From: an uncultured Clostridia bacterium | Lineage (GTDB): Bacteria > Bacillota > Clostridia > UBA1381 > UBA9506 | DNA: 64,000 nucleotides | Assembly: GCA_934438075.1 (NCBI GenBank) | Contig: CAKSBF010000006.1 | Coordinates: 46,010-110,009 of the forward strand | Reading direction: 5' to 3' | Shown here: in pieces, positions 13,100 through 22,356 of the stretch | Layout of the letters: each line of letters begins with the position of its first letter | How positions within the stretch are numbered: the first letter of the stretch is position 1 | Program-made: the position numbers and the translations under genes | Notes under the pieces: generated by a model | What the model saw: the letters and a program-made list of their open reading frames with translations, nothing else | The model's database searches: none | What the model was told of the DNA's origin: nothing

Positions 13100-13813
13100 T
13101 TATTTTCTTTCCCAACCGTCAATGCCCGAACGAACCAAGGCCGTAAATGCCCGGTCTTTCAAGCCATGATTTTCCGTGTCCAAGCGATTAATTACTTCTT
13201 TTACATATGCCCTTTTGCTGTTTCCATCCGCCGGACAACTGTTTTCCACAATCGGCAGATCCGCATCATACGCATATTTTTTAATTGCTCTTTCCCGAAC
13301 ATAAATTAACGGGCGAAGCACCGTAATCTCCGATCGGGTTAAATAAGTCACCGGGGAAAAGCAGCCGATTTGCCCCTCAAAAAACAAACTTAGAAAAAAG
13401 GTTTCCACTACATCATCATAATGATGTCCCAGCACCACTTTATTGCAGCCGTTTGACTTTGCAATATTATTTAAAGCACCACGGCGCAAATTAGCACAAA
13501 GCGCACACGGATTCTTTTCCTGTCTGTAATCAAATACAATTTGGCGAATCCCTGTCTGTTCAATGACATACGGAACGTCAAGCTCTCTGCAAAAATCTGC
13601 TACCGGTGAAAAATTCATATCTTTCGCGCCCAAATCGAGAGTAATTGCCATAACTTCAAAAGGCTTTGGATAAAATCTCTGCAAATTTTTCATTGCCGCC
13701 AGCGCCAACAGCGAATCCTTACCGCCCGAGACACCGACCGCTATTTTGTCACCTGCTTCAATCATATGATAATCCTCTACTGCGCGGCGCACACGGCTCA
13801 GTATATGTTTCAT
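13100..13813 (-). CDS. PP-loop ATPase, TtcA-like tRNA thiolation enzyme
   Basis: Has an SGGKDS PP-loop and Cys motifs (NPCALCANLRR, NSCPADG). Start moved to the ATG at 13813, with GGAG 8 nt upstream. Confidence 0.7.
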   Translation of the reverse strand: MKHILSRVRRAVEDYHMIEAGDKIAVGVSGGKDSLLALAAMKNLQRFYPKPFEVMAITLDLGAKDMNFSPVADFCRELDVPYVIEQTGIRQIVFDYRQEKNPCALCANLRRGALNNIAKSNGCNKVVLGHHYDDVVETFFLSLFFEGQIGCFSPVTYLTRSEITVLRPLIYVRERAIKKYAYDADLPIVENSCPADGNSKRAYVKEVINRLDTENHGLKDRAFTALVRSGIDGWERK

Positions 13814-13940
13814 AAACATTTCTCCTCTGTATGTAACACTCATTCTGCCGATTCTGTTTCATTATACAATAAACTGCACTAAATTTCAATGGATTCCTTC
13901 GAATTAACGATATTTTCCGTAAACCTTTACAAAAAGGACA

Positions 13941-13976
13941 TAAAAAACACCGCGGTTATACCAACAACCGCGGTGT
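13941..13976 (-). terminator. Rho-independent terminator closing the polysaccharide operon
   Basis: An 11-bp stem ACACCGCGGTT/AACCGCGGTGT is followed on the minus strand by a run of six T. Confidence 0.75.
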
Positions 13977-14101
13977 AAATATACGAAAATGTTTTAAAAA
14001 AACTATGAACATATCGAATAAAATCATTCCATAGTATATAAGAATTAAGTAACTAGCATCCGAACGTTTTTACAAAATGCTCCTTGTCTCCACAAAAATT
14101 T

Positions 14102-15124
14102 TTACCATCCACATATCTCAACAAATGCCTTCCAACCTTCATTTGCAAAAAAACGATGCTCTCCCTCTCCTACAACAAGTCTACATTTATCGCGATGGCC
14201 CGCCTTTGCATAGATTTTTTTTATGACATCAAATACCTCCCGTGTTCCTTCTATCGGAAAAATAGGGTCATTATTGCCCGCTATAACTATTAACGGACGT
14301 GGAACGATCAAGCAGGAAAGTTCCCCCATATCAAAATATTTTGAAATTTTCGGTATATAATTGCAAACGCAGTGTTCCATTGCACCAATTGATTTTTTAT
14401 AAGCGCAAACACAGCAAGAGGGCATCACAACTTTAATTCTTTTGTCAACACAAGCGCTGTAATAGGTCGCTGTACCTCCACCGGAATTTCCCATACATGC
14501 AATCTTATTATGATCAATTTCCGGAAATGTTTCCAGCACATCAATTGCTCTTGAAACATCCCAAACCCGTTCTCCAATTATCGTTCTGCCAATTAAAAGC
14601 GCATTCATTGCAGGATGATGACAGGTTGTAAGTCCTTCCGTTCTATCGCTTTTTCTTTCACCGAACGCCCGCTGTTCCATACATAAAACGGCATATCCCT
14701 GGGCTAAAGCACTCATTCCAAAATTCTCGTCTACTGCAATCAATCTTTCATCCTCTTGTGAAGCGGCTCTTCCCATCGAAACATGCATGCCGGAAGAATG
14801 TCCCTGCAAGCAAATCACAACCGGACAAGGCTTAGGTACATCATGCGGAATAAGCAAATGGCACGGCACAGTAATAACTGCTTTATTATCAAATTTTTCG
14901 CTAATAAAACGAAAGCGCTTTTCCGTATATCCTTTGTGCTCTTTTTCCCATTCTATAAAAATTTCCGGTTCGGTATATTCCGGCATATCCCCCAACAACT
15001 CAGTCAGTTTCTCTCTGACTGCTTTTTGATACTCTTCGAAGGCACACGACTCGTCAAACGCCATAATCGGTTTTCTCTCCGCTAAGATGGCATCATGTAT
15101 AATATCTGGTGAAAATAAACTCAT
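14102..15124 (-). CDS. Alpha/beta-hydrolase, putative carbohydrate esterase (AXE1/dienelactone-hydrolase-like)
   Basis: Nucleophile elbow MGNSGGG. Start set to the ATG at 15124 (GGGG RBS 8 nt upstream), which overlaps the stop of the upstream gene. Confidence 0.65.
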   Translation of the reverse strand: MSLFSPDIIHDAILAERKPIMAFDESCAFEEYQKAVREKLTELLGDMPEYTEPEIFIEWEKEHKGYTEKRFRFISEKFDNKAVITVPCHLLIPHDVPKPCPVVICLQGHSSGMHVSMGRAASQEDERLIAVDENFGMSALAQGYAVLCMEQRAFGERKSDRTEGLTTCHHPAMNALLIGRTIIGERVWDVSRAIDVLETFPEIDHNKIACMGNSGGGTATYYSACVDKRIKVVMPSCCVCAYKKSIGAMEHCVCNYIPKISKYFDMGELSCLIVPRPLIVIAGNNDPIFPIEGTREVFDVIKKIYAKAGHRDKCRLVVGEGEHRFFANEGWKAFVEICGW

Positions 15125-15125
15125 T

Positions 15126-17573
15126 TTAATATCCCCTCTCATATTTAAAAATTTTAACAGGCTCCTTTAAACCGCCTCCGGCACTTCCATGTTCAAAGGG
15201 TAAAACCAAATCGTGGTATAGCCCCAGTTCCTCTTTTGTAAACTCTTTCATTCCTTCAGAGAATAAATATTGATTTGCTGCAGTATTTGAAACCCGAATC
15301 TCAAGAACATTTTTACCTTTAACCGCATCTGCGATAAACAAAAAAGGATATACAATACAAATTCCCAGCGATTCGTCATTCAGCCACGCTTCACATGAGT
15401 ATTCAACTTCTCCAACATCAATAATAACAGACATCGCTTCCGACATATAGAAAGAAGCTCTGTAAACCACATCTCCTGAAAAATCTCGTCCGAATAACGT
15501 TTTAAAATCAAAACTGTTTGCTTTTATATAATTTTGCCCCGGAATCTGACAAGACACTTTTTTATTTTTCACTTCAAATTGTTTTACCGCTTTTACGTCG
15601 AAATCCGAAATCACAGTAAGTAATTCTTTATTACCCCTTTTTTCTACCTTCATTGGTTTATCACATGATACAAGGATTATTCCATCGCCGCATCTCAATT
15701 TGAACGTAACAAATCCATCTTGATACATCTCGGTATACTTTCCCGTCGTTATGTCCAATCGATATACATTTTGATTTTCGACAATTCTGAGAATTCCCTC
15801 AGATTCAGTCAGCCCTTCATTATAAATAAAATAGATAACGGAATCAAGTGTACGTGTTTTTCTCCCTCGTAAATTTTCGCATCCTTTTATAGCCAGAAAC
15901 ACACTTGCAGAGCAAATATCTGCCTTTTCTCTTAAAACGACCACCATCCCGCCGTTTTTCTTAAAAATATCAAGTCGTTGTTCAACTTCCTCTGATAAAT
16001 CGCTCTGCAACGGTAAATACACGGTATCATATTCAACGTATCCGGCACATATCTTTCCTTCGCTCAACCTTTCTAAATCAGCATTTAAAATGAGATCGTC
16101 ATCCGCAATGTCAAAATATACATTCGCATTTTCCAATAATTCTGCTGCCTCTGTAAACTCTTGTCCGTCCGAATCGGGGTTCATCCAAAAATTTCTGACG
16201 GGATAGTACAGCAGCACTTTAACTTCCGGCACGCCACAGCTCATAATGTAACAAAGTCGTGCAGCATATTGATTCCATTCTGCAATATCATATGCTCCCG
16301 GTCTTTCTTCAATAAAGTGCGGCCTTAACCCCCCAACGAGTTGACCGTCTTTACCTGATGGAATATTCATGACGTTTATTAAATTAATTCCTCGACATAC
16401 TTGAAAATGCAAGACATAGCACATTTGAGAATATGTAAGGCCGCTCCCATAGGCAGAAAAGGACTCGCTCAAGGCATATCTGCTTCCTGTTTGGTGCGCG
16501 GCACTCGAAGCAAAACGTGGGAAACAGCGGTTTTCTCCTTCTGTTACATCTAATTGAATCTCTCGATACTGATAGGAATAACGATGGTAAGTTCCTGGGA
16601 AAATCTGCCTCCATATTACATCTATCCCCGGCACATCAAAACATCTTAGCAGCCGCATAATCTGCCCATGACTTCTCACACTGTCATATATATCATTATC
16701 CTTATCCAAATGGCCGGTAAATAAAATATTGTGTTCTTTGCACCACTGTTTTATTTGTAAAAAATAATTTTGCGCAAATAACTGACTCATAATATCAAAA
16801 TATTGCTCCCGAACTTTTCCGCCATCTTCACCCGACAAAAGTAAGGGGAGGTGGTCCAACAAGTCATATCCAAATCGTTTTTTGAATTCATCTCGAAGAA
16901 CGTCACTCCAACAAGGAAAGTCTATCGACGGTTCGTCAGTAAATATCATACGAACACCATACTGTGGCAAAGTGTTTAATTCGTTTGCATAGCTTTCGTG
17001 CACGAGAGAAAGAAATGCCCGTGTTGTCTGAAGATTTAGCAAATCCGGATAAATCTCATCCTCTTTCGTCCGAAATATTGTAATCTCCCCATTCACCTCA
17101 AACCGATATTTAGGGAATATGCGTGTATTCTCTAAAAAAACTGCCAACACACTTGCATCACATTCTAATATTTCCCCGGCATGCACCATTTGTTTTTCCC
17201 AAACTATTCTTTTTCTTACGAGCTGAGGATGATTCCGAACCAGCCGGCCATTCCCCCCACCGGACGGCCATCCATCTTCATCATATATCCAAGCATACAT
17301 CTCTTTGCTTTTAGCGTATTGCAGCGCAAAACGATACAGCGCAAAATATGTTCCACTCAAATAATCCGGCTCCATTTGATTATTTAAAAAACGTTTTGAG
17401 CAGGGGATAATATAAAAAACCCTTATACCGCACCGATGCATATACTCAATTTGCTTTATAATGCGCTCCTCCGTTATTTCACTGTTCCAAATCCACGAAT
17501 ATACCGGAGAAAATTCTATTGGCGGAGAAAGTAATTTCCCCATCGAAAAATCAATTTCTTCTGTTCCGTACAT
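15126..17573 (-). CDS. Large cytoplasmic glycoside hydrolase, family unverified (N-terminal region resembles GH106-type rhamnosidase-like proteins)
   Basis: No signal peptide. Contains WIWNSEIT...GIRVFYI...EPDYLS...WIYDEDGWPSGGGNG, a pattern I associate with GH106-like enzymes. Start moved to the ATG at 17573 (AGGAG 7 nt upstream). Confidence 0.5.
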   Translation of the reverse strand: MYGTEEIDFSMGKLLSPPIEFSPVYSWIWNSEITEERIIKQIEYMHRCGIRVFYIIPCSKRFLNNQMEPDYLSGTYFALYRFALQYAKSKEMYAWIYDEDGWPSGGGNGRLVRNHPQLVRKRIVWEKQMVHAGEILECDASVLAVFLENTRIFPKYRFEVNGEITIFRTKEDEIYPDLLNLQTTRAFLSLVHESYANELNTLPQYGVRMIFTDEPSIDFPCWSDVLRDEFKKRFGYDLLDHLPLLLSGEDGGKVREQYFDIMSQLFAQNYFLQIKQWCKEHNILFTGHLDKDNDIYDSVRSHGQIMRLLRCFDVPGIDVIWRQIFPGTYHRYSYQYREIQLDVTEGENRCFPRFASSAAHQTGSRYALSESFSAYGSGLTYSQMCYVLHFQVCRGINLINVMNIPSGKDGQLVGGLRPHFIEERPGAYDIAEWNQYAARLCYIMSCGVPEVKVLLYYPVRNFWMNPDSDGQEFTEAAELLENANVYFDIADDDLILNADLERLSEGKICAGYVEYDTVYLPLQSDLSEEVEQRLDIFKKNGGMVVVLREKADICSASVFLAIKGCENLRGRKTRTLDSVIYFIYNEGLTESEGILRIVENQNVYRLDITTGKYTEMYQDGFVTFKLRCGDGIILVSCDKPMKVEKRGNKELLTVISDFDVKAVKQFEVKNKKVSCQIPGQNYIKANSFDFKTLFGRDFSGDVVYRASFYMSEAMSVIIDVGEVEYSCEAWLNDESLGICIVYPFLFIADAVKGKNVLEIRVSNTAANQYLFSEGMKEFTKEELGLYHDLVLPFEHGSAGGGLKEPVKIFKYERGY

Positions 17574-17631
17574 TAACAGACTCCTTTCATAAATTTGGGG
17601 CATTCCACTTTACGTGAAACGCCCCAATTAT

Positions 17632-19692
17632 TTATTGTAGCGCAGAAGGAAATGCAAGCGATTGTAAATAGTCTATTCCATTAATGACAAATGCCTTTGC
17701 TGTATAAAGTCTATCATACAATTCCTCATCCAGGTTGTCTATATCGATATCTGCAACGCACTCAACAGATTGATTTATTCCAACCGAATACGGCTCAATG
17801 CTAGCAGTGATCATGCTGCCTTTTTGATCATAAAGTGCCAGAATAACCACAAGTTTGATTTCCTTTTTCCCCTCATTGCGTACCAAACTTTTAGCTGTTA
17901 ATATTCCCTCCGTAGGCATTTCAACCGGCACAGTTTTATCGCCGGCAATATCATTTACAAATGTCGCTTGTTTTATAAAAGTACGGTCTACATTATTTTT
18001 AATCTCAATATTATCCAGATAGAAACTTTTACTCTTATTTGTACCGATTTTGATTCTGCCAAAATTTGTTGCTGCCTGTGCGAATGTAAAATCTCCGTTT
18101 TTCATACCATCTGTGCATAACTGCGTCCCGTTGAGATAAATCCTGTAAAAAGGAACAGGGGCATCAAAATAGAAAACCATTTTAAGATTAGTCCATTCAC
18201 CGGGTACATAAGAACCGGATAACTTTGTCGAATCCGATAAGCGGAGCACTCCGCCATTTGCCGATATAAATCCGCTCTGCAATTTGCCGGAACTATTATC
18301 ACTGAAAACCGACAAATTAAGTGGTGTGTCATTCGTTGGTATGTAGCAGTCAACCGAAAGCTCTACAGTGCCACCTTGCGGTTTTTTTAGATAGCCATCA
18401 ATATATTGGACAGAACTGCCTTCCGAAAGATCCGACACCTTTAAGACATTGGTTGTATTATGTCCAATTGCACCAGATAGGTCTCTGACTGTCATGGCTT
18501 CAGTGGAACTACCGGCTTTGCTCCCGGCTCTCCAGTCAAACGTAGAGGTGCCCCATGTATCCGGGTTGGAAAAAGACGTACCGGATGGTTTATCATCAAA
18601 ATCATCAAATGTTCTATTCTCCGTACAAACCGTTTGGCTGGTCAGTTCTTCATAACCGGTTGTAGTAACTCTGCAACTTGCCTCCAATTGTCCGTCCACG
18701 GTAACAGCCTTGATGTCAGACACACCCGGCCCAACTGCCCTGATCGTTCCATCGGGTTCTACTGCTACTGCCATAGGATTGGAGCTGTACCACAAAACAT
18801 TCTTCTCTGTCGCATCACCGGGCACAATATTAGGGATTAAGCTGTCCGATCCCCCAATCTCTAGACTTAAGCTCGAACGATCGAGAGACACGCCCGTTAC
18901 ATAAGTTTTCTCTATATTGTTGCATATCTGAATATTATCATAGCAGATCATTCCATTTACCCAGATTTTTGTGCGTGTTCCATGTACATTCTGTGCCGTA
19001 GAGTCAAAAAATGCAAAATCTGTTTTTCCCTCCTGCGTATGTAACAATTTTCCGTTTAAGTAAACTCTATAAAATCTTGTTGATGCATTAAAAAACAGTA
19101 CTGTTTTCAAGTTAAACCATTCACCTACTGGCGGTTTCTCTATCAAATAAGCATCATTCGTGCCATCCTTGCAGTTGATTTCGTTCATAGCAAGACCGAT
19201 ATACACTGCTACCTTTTTGCTTGAATCCCGTATTTCCAGCGCCACGCCACTCTCTCCGTTTAAATAGATATCCCTATCAAATTCTACTGTACCGCTATAA
19301 ACTTTATAGAAGTACATCTCATCAGTGGTTGTTCCTGACACCGGCCCAATCATTCCATACTTACCGGTATTATCTCCAAGTTTTTCATCTGTCAATATGT
19401 GATTCGTACCCGGCCATGATACAATTTTCTGTAGCGTTTCTGCTTCGAAGTCCTCAAACAGTCTGGTATCTGTTATTTCGGCCTGGGTTTCAATTTGACT
19501 ATCCTCATCTCCGGGAACCACTGATTCAAGCCCAATATAGCTCATTTCTGAGATTTCCGTTGCATTTGGCGCTGTAGTGTAAAGCGTCTCAGGCCAGCTT
19601 GTTGATGCGGATGCGTTCCCAACCGGATGTAGGATAGACACCAACATACATACAGTAAATAATAGTGAATAAAACCGTTTACTTTTTCTCAT
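17632..19692 (-). CDS. Secreted protein: two lectin/LamG-like beta-sandwich modules flanking a Big_2 Ig-like domain
   Basis: 686 aa with a signal peptide ...HPVGNASAS. Internal duplication (GEWFNLKTVLFFNASTRFYRVYLNGKLL versus GEWTNLKMVFYFDAPVPFYRIYLNGTQL). Big_2-like segment VTGVSLDRSSLSLEIGGSDSL... Confidence 0.7.
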   Translation of the reverse strand: MRKSKRFYSLLFTVCMLVSILHPVGNASASTSWPETLYTTAPNATEISEMSYIGLESVVPGDEDSQIETQAEITDTRLFEDFEAETLQKIVSWPGTNHILTDEKLGDNTGKYGMIGPVSGTTTDEMYFYKVYSGTVEFDRDIYLNGESGVALEIRDSSKKVAVYIGLAMNEINCKDGTNDAYLIEKPPVGEWFNLKTVLFFNASTRFYRVYLNGKLLHTQEGKTDFAFFDSTAQNVHGTRTKIWVNGMICYDNIQICNNIEKTYVTGVSLDRSSLSLEIGGSDSLIPNIVPGDATEKNVLWYSSNPMAVAVEPDGTIRAVGPGVSDIKAVTVDGQLEASCRVTTTGYEELTSQTVCTENRTFDDFDDKPSGTSFSNPDTWGTSTFDWRAGSKAGSSTEAMTVRDLSGAIGHNTTNVLKVSDLSEGSSVQYIDGYLKKPQGGTVELSVDCYIPTNDTPLNLSVFSDNSSGKLQSGFISANGGVLRLSDSTKLSGSYVPGEWTNLKMVFYFDAPVPFYRIYLNGTQLCTDGMKNGDFTFAQAATNFGRIKIGTNKSKSFYLDNIEIKNNVDRTFIKQATFVNDIAGDKTVPVEMPTEGILTAKSLVRNEGKKEIKLVVILALYDQKGSMITASIEPYSVGINQSVECVADIDIDNLDEELYDRLYTAKAFVINGIDYLQSLAFPSALQ

Positions 19693-19710
19693 AGTAAGCC
19701 TCCTATATTT

Positions 19711-22356
19711 TTATTTGATAACCAAAATTTCTTTTACACGCTGATAACGTTGGCGCAGGAACACCTTAGCTCCTTTTTCAATGTCCCTTATTGAAATTTT
19801 CTGTATTTTGCCGGATGCCTTGTTCAACTCGAATATTGATATACTATCGTCCAGAGTAAAAGTGGTCCCATTTTTTCCATTAAAAGTCAAAAGCAAAGTT
19901 TCTCCATCTGCATAACTGACCGTACCGTAAGACGTGCCGATTTCACAATTTGTCATTTCAACCTCAAAACGGTCAAAGGTCCGCTTTTCCTCGTCAGAAC
20001 CATCAAAAATGATTTTGTAAAGCAGCAAAACTTCTTCCGTTTCATCTTCACTTGCGCATCCCGTCTCCTGTTCATTCATCTCATACTGAATCATATTCCC
20101 TTTGACACAGTCTTTGAGGAAAGAGGCACGCACTGACAAATCAGGATCTACCTTGATTTTAATATATTCACCATTTACCCAGCCCTCAAGAAATGTTCTT
20201 GTATCCCCTTCATCGTTTAACGCTGTTGTCTTTTTATCAATCAGCATAACATTGCTGTTCGCCAAACTAATCTTTGGCGCAAAGACATGCTTTGGAAGTG
20301 TGGTAGTAATTACCACTGCCCCTGCCTTCATATCTTCTTTCAAATCATAAAATGTAACTGCATATTCTTTATCCGTTTCAAAATATTTAAATGGTTTGCC
20401 GGAGGTATTCAGACTGGTATTTTCACCATTTCCCGGAATATAGAACGCCTTTGTCTCCGAATCAACAATGTATTTCTCATCGAATTTTCCTTTGTTATAG
20501 ACCCTTACATCGCGAGCAACATCGCAGGAAAACCTGCTGTTATCTGCCTGGGATGATGCAAGATTTATTTTATAAACCTTTCCGCTTTGATTCAAATCGT
20601 AAGTGATTAATTGCCTTACAATTTTATTGGTGTTACTTGGATCCGGTGTTCTGTCAAAATAATGAGCAACTTGTACTGCATCCATTTGGTTACAAACCAT
20701 AGTCCCGCTTTCTTCACGTTCAAAACGGATTTTATCTGTCAATTTATATCTTACTATTTTATTATCTGCCACCAACAAACGAAAACTAACATTTTCCGAA
20801 ATTCCTTTTTCTATATCATAATCCAAAAGATAACCATATGTTGAGGCGGAGAACGTCTCCGTGTCCGCAGCAGCAATTTTCCCAAAAATGTCAAGATAGA
20901 ATACACCGCTGTCCCCAACATTGATTTCATCCTTATTCTGTATAATAAAATTGTCTGCAAGCTCATATTGCACATCGCCAATCTGCACCCAATACCGACC
21001 ATTTCCTTTTTCACAGGAATTGACTTTGCCTTCTGTTTTTTCACTGCTGACAACAACATCTATTACCTTTCCATCCCTGCTTGCAGCAACACTAAGAATG
21101 TTCCATGACACCAAATCCTCTACTGTGACCCGTTGTCCGTCTTTGGTAATGGCAACTCTCATGTCACGATCATCTGGATTGTATTTTAAAACTTTATTAT
21201 ATTTATCATATAAAGAGATTTCTTTTTTCCCGATATTTTTTCCGTCAAATACATAGTTTTCATATTCCGTAATGAATACGAAAGTGCCCTTTGCATTTTC
21301 CAGTATTTCGACCGTTCCCCCTGATGGCGCTAACAAATCCTTAGTTTTATCGTTGTCACTCAAGCGTTTTTTATTATAAATCCAAACTGCATCTGCCGGG
21401 ATGTCATATCGTTGGTTTTCACACTCTAACTCATAACCGGTCATGTCTGACTGCACATCAACAATATCCTGAGCCGCAATTTTATACAGATTATTGGATT
21501 TCTTTTTTATAATTGCAGCAATTTTTTGTTCACCATCAGGCGCAGTGGTTAGATAATATGATGCATCATACCCCAAAAAGGAATCTGCATTTTCCAAGCC
21601 CGTCTCATAAATTTCCCCGTCAATCATTACTTCGCCCTCGGCAAGCTTTACCGAAACGTTATTACGAATTGAAGTGATGCTGTTTGCCTCAACAAGCCCC
21701 TGTTTTTTTTCCGTATTGAGCACACGAGAAAGTAGCGTCTCTCCAGTCGGCTCAAAACTCTCTGCTCCGTCTGCCGTTGTTACCTCCTCACAGCGTTCAA
21801 CTTCCAGAGCCGAATAAATCATTAATGCAACATCCCCCCTTTTCGCCTCAGCATCCGGTGTATAATCTATACCATCTAGTATCCCTAACCGCGCAGCAAC
21901 ACTAGCATATCCTGTAGGCCATCCCCCAGCATTTTCAGCATGAATACGATATCCTAACGCGCACACCGTCATTTTAATTGCCTGCATATAAGTGACTTTC
22001 ATTTCCGGACAAAAATTGTATTTATCCATTCCGGATACAATATGCATGCCACGAGCAGATGCAATACTGAAAGCCGCCCAGTGCTCATCAGGTACATCTA
22101 AAAAACCACTTGGAATCGCGGCCGTGTTATCTATACCCATAATTCTCATAATCATTGCTGTATATTCCGCTCTGGTAATAGATGCCAGTGGACGAAAACT
22201 TCCGTCTTCATATCCTCTAACGATATTCAATCCAGAAAGAAGTTCCGTTGCATTTTCATATTTCGTATCAACCGTATCTTCAAACACCGCGCTTGCGGTA
22301 AACGGCATCATCATGATCACCGCAAATATGAATATTAATCGCAATATTTTCTTCAT
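19711..22356 (-). CDS. S-layer-homology (3x SLH) cell-wall-anchored protein with a roughly 690-aa uncharacterised C-terminal region
   Basis: Signal peptide followed by three SLH motifs (FEDTVD...ITRAEYTAMIMRIMG; FLDVPDEHWAA...; GWPTGYASVAARLGILDGI...RGDVALMIYSAL). Its start overlaps the upstream stop (ATGA at 22353-22356). Confidence 0.8.
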   Translation of the reverse strand: MKKILRLIFIFAVIMMMPFTASAVFEDTVDTKYENATELLSGLNIVRGYEDGSFRPLASITRAEYTAMIMRIMGIDNTAAIPSGFLDVPDEHWAAFSIASARGMHIVSGMDKYNFCPEMKVTYMQAIKMTVCALGYRIHAENAGGWPTGYASVAARLGILDGIDYTPDAEAKRGDVALMIYSALEVERCEEVTTADGAESFEPTGETLLSRVLNTEKKQGLVEANSITSIRNNVSVKLAEGEVMIDGEIYETGLENADSFLGYDASYYLTTAPDGEQKIAAIIKKKSNNLYKIAAQDIVDVQSDMTGYELECENQRYDIPADAVWIYNKKRLSDNDKTKDLLAPSGGTVEILENAKGTFVFITEYENYVFDGKNIGKKEISLYDKYNKVLKYNPDDRDMRVAITKDGQRVTVEDLVSWNILSVAASRDGKVIDVVVSSEKTEGKVNSCEKGNGRYWVQIGDVQYELADNFIIQNKDEINVGDSGVFYLDIFGKIAAADTETFSASTYGYLLDYDIEKGISENVSFRLLVADNKIVRYKLTDKIRFEREESGTMVCNQMDAVQVAHYFDRTPDPSNTNKIVRQLITYDLNQSGKVYKINLASSQADNSRFSCDVARDVRVYNKGKFDEKYIVDSETKAFYIPGNGENTSLNTSGKPFKYFETDKEYAVTFYDLKEDMKAGAVVITTTLPKHVFAPKISLANSNVMLIDKKTTALNDEGDTRTFLEGWVNGEYIKIKVDPDLSVRASFLKDCVKGNMIQYEMNEQETGCASEDETEEVLLLYKIIFDGSDEEKRTFDRFEVEMTNCEIGTSYGTVSYADGETLLLTFNGKNGTTFTLDDSISIFELNKASGKIQKISIRDIEKGAKVFLRQRYQRVKEILVIK

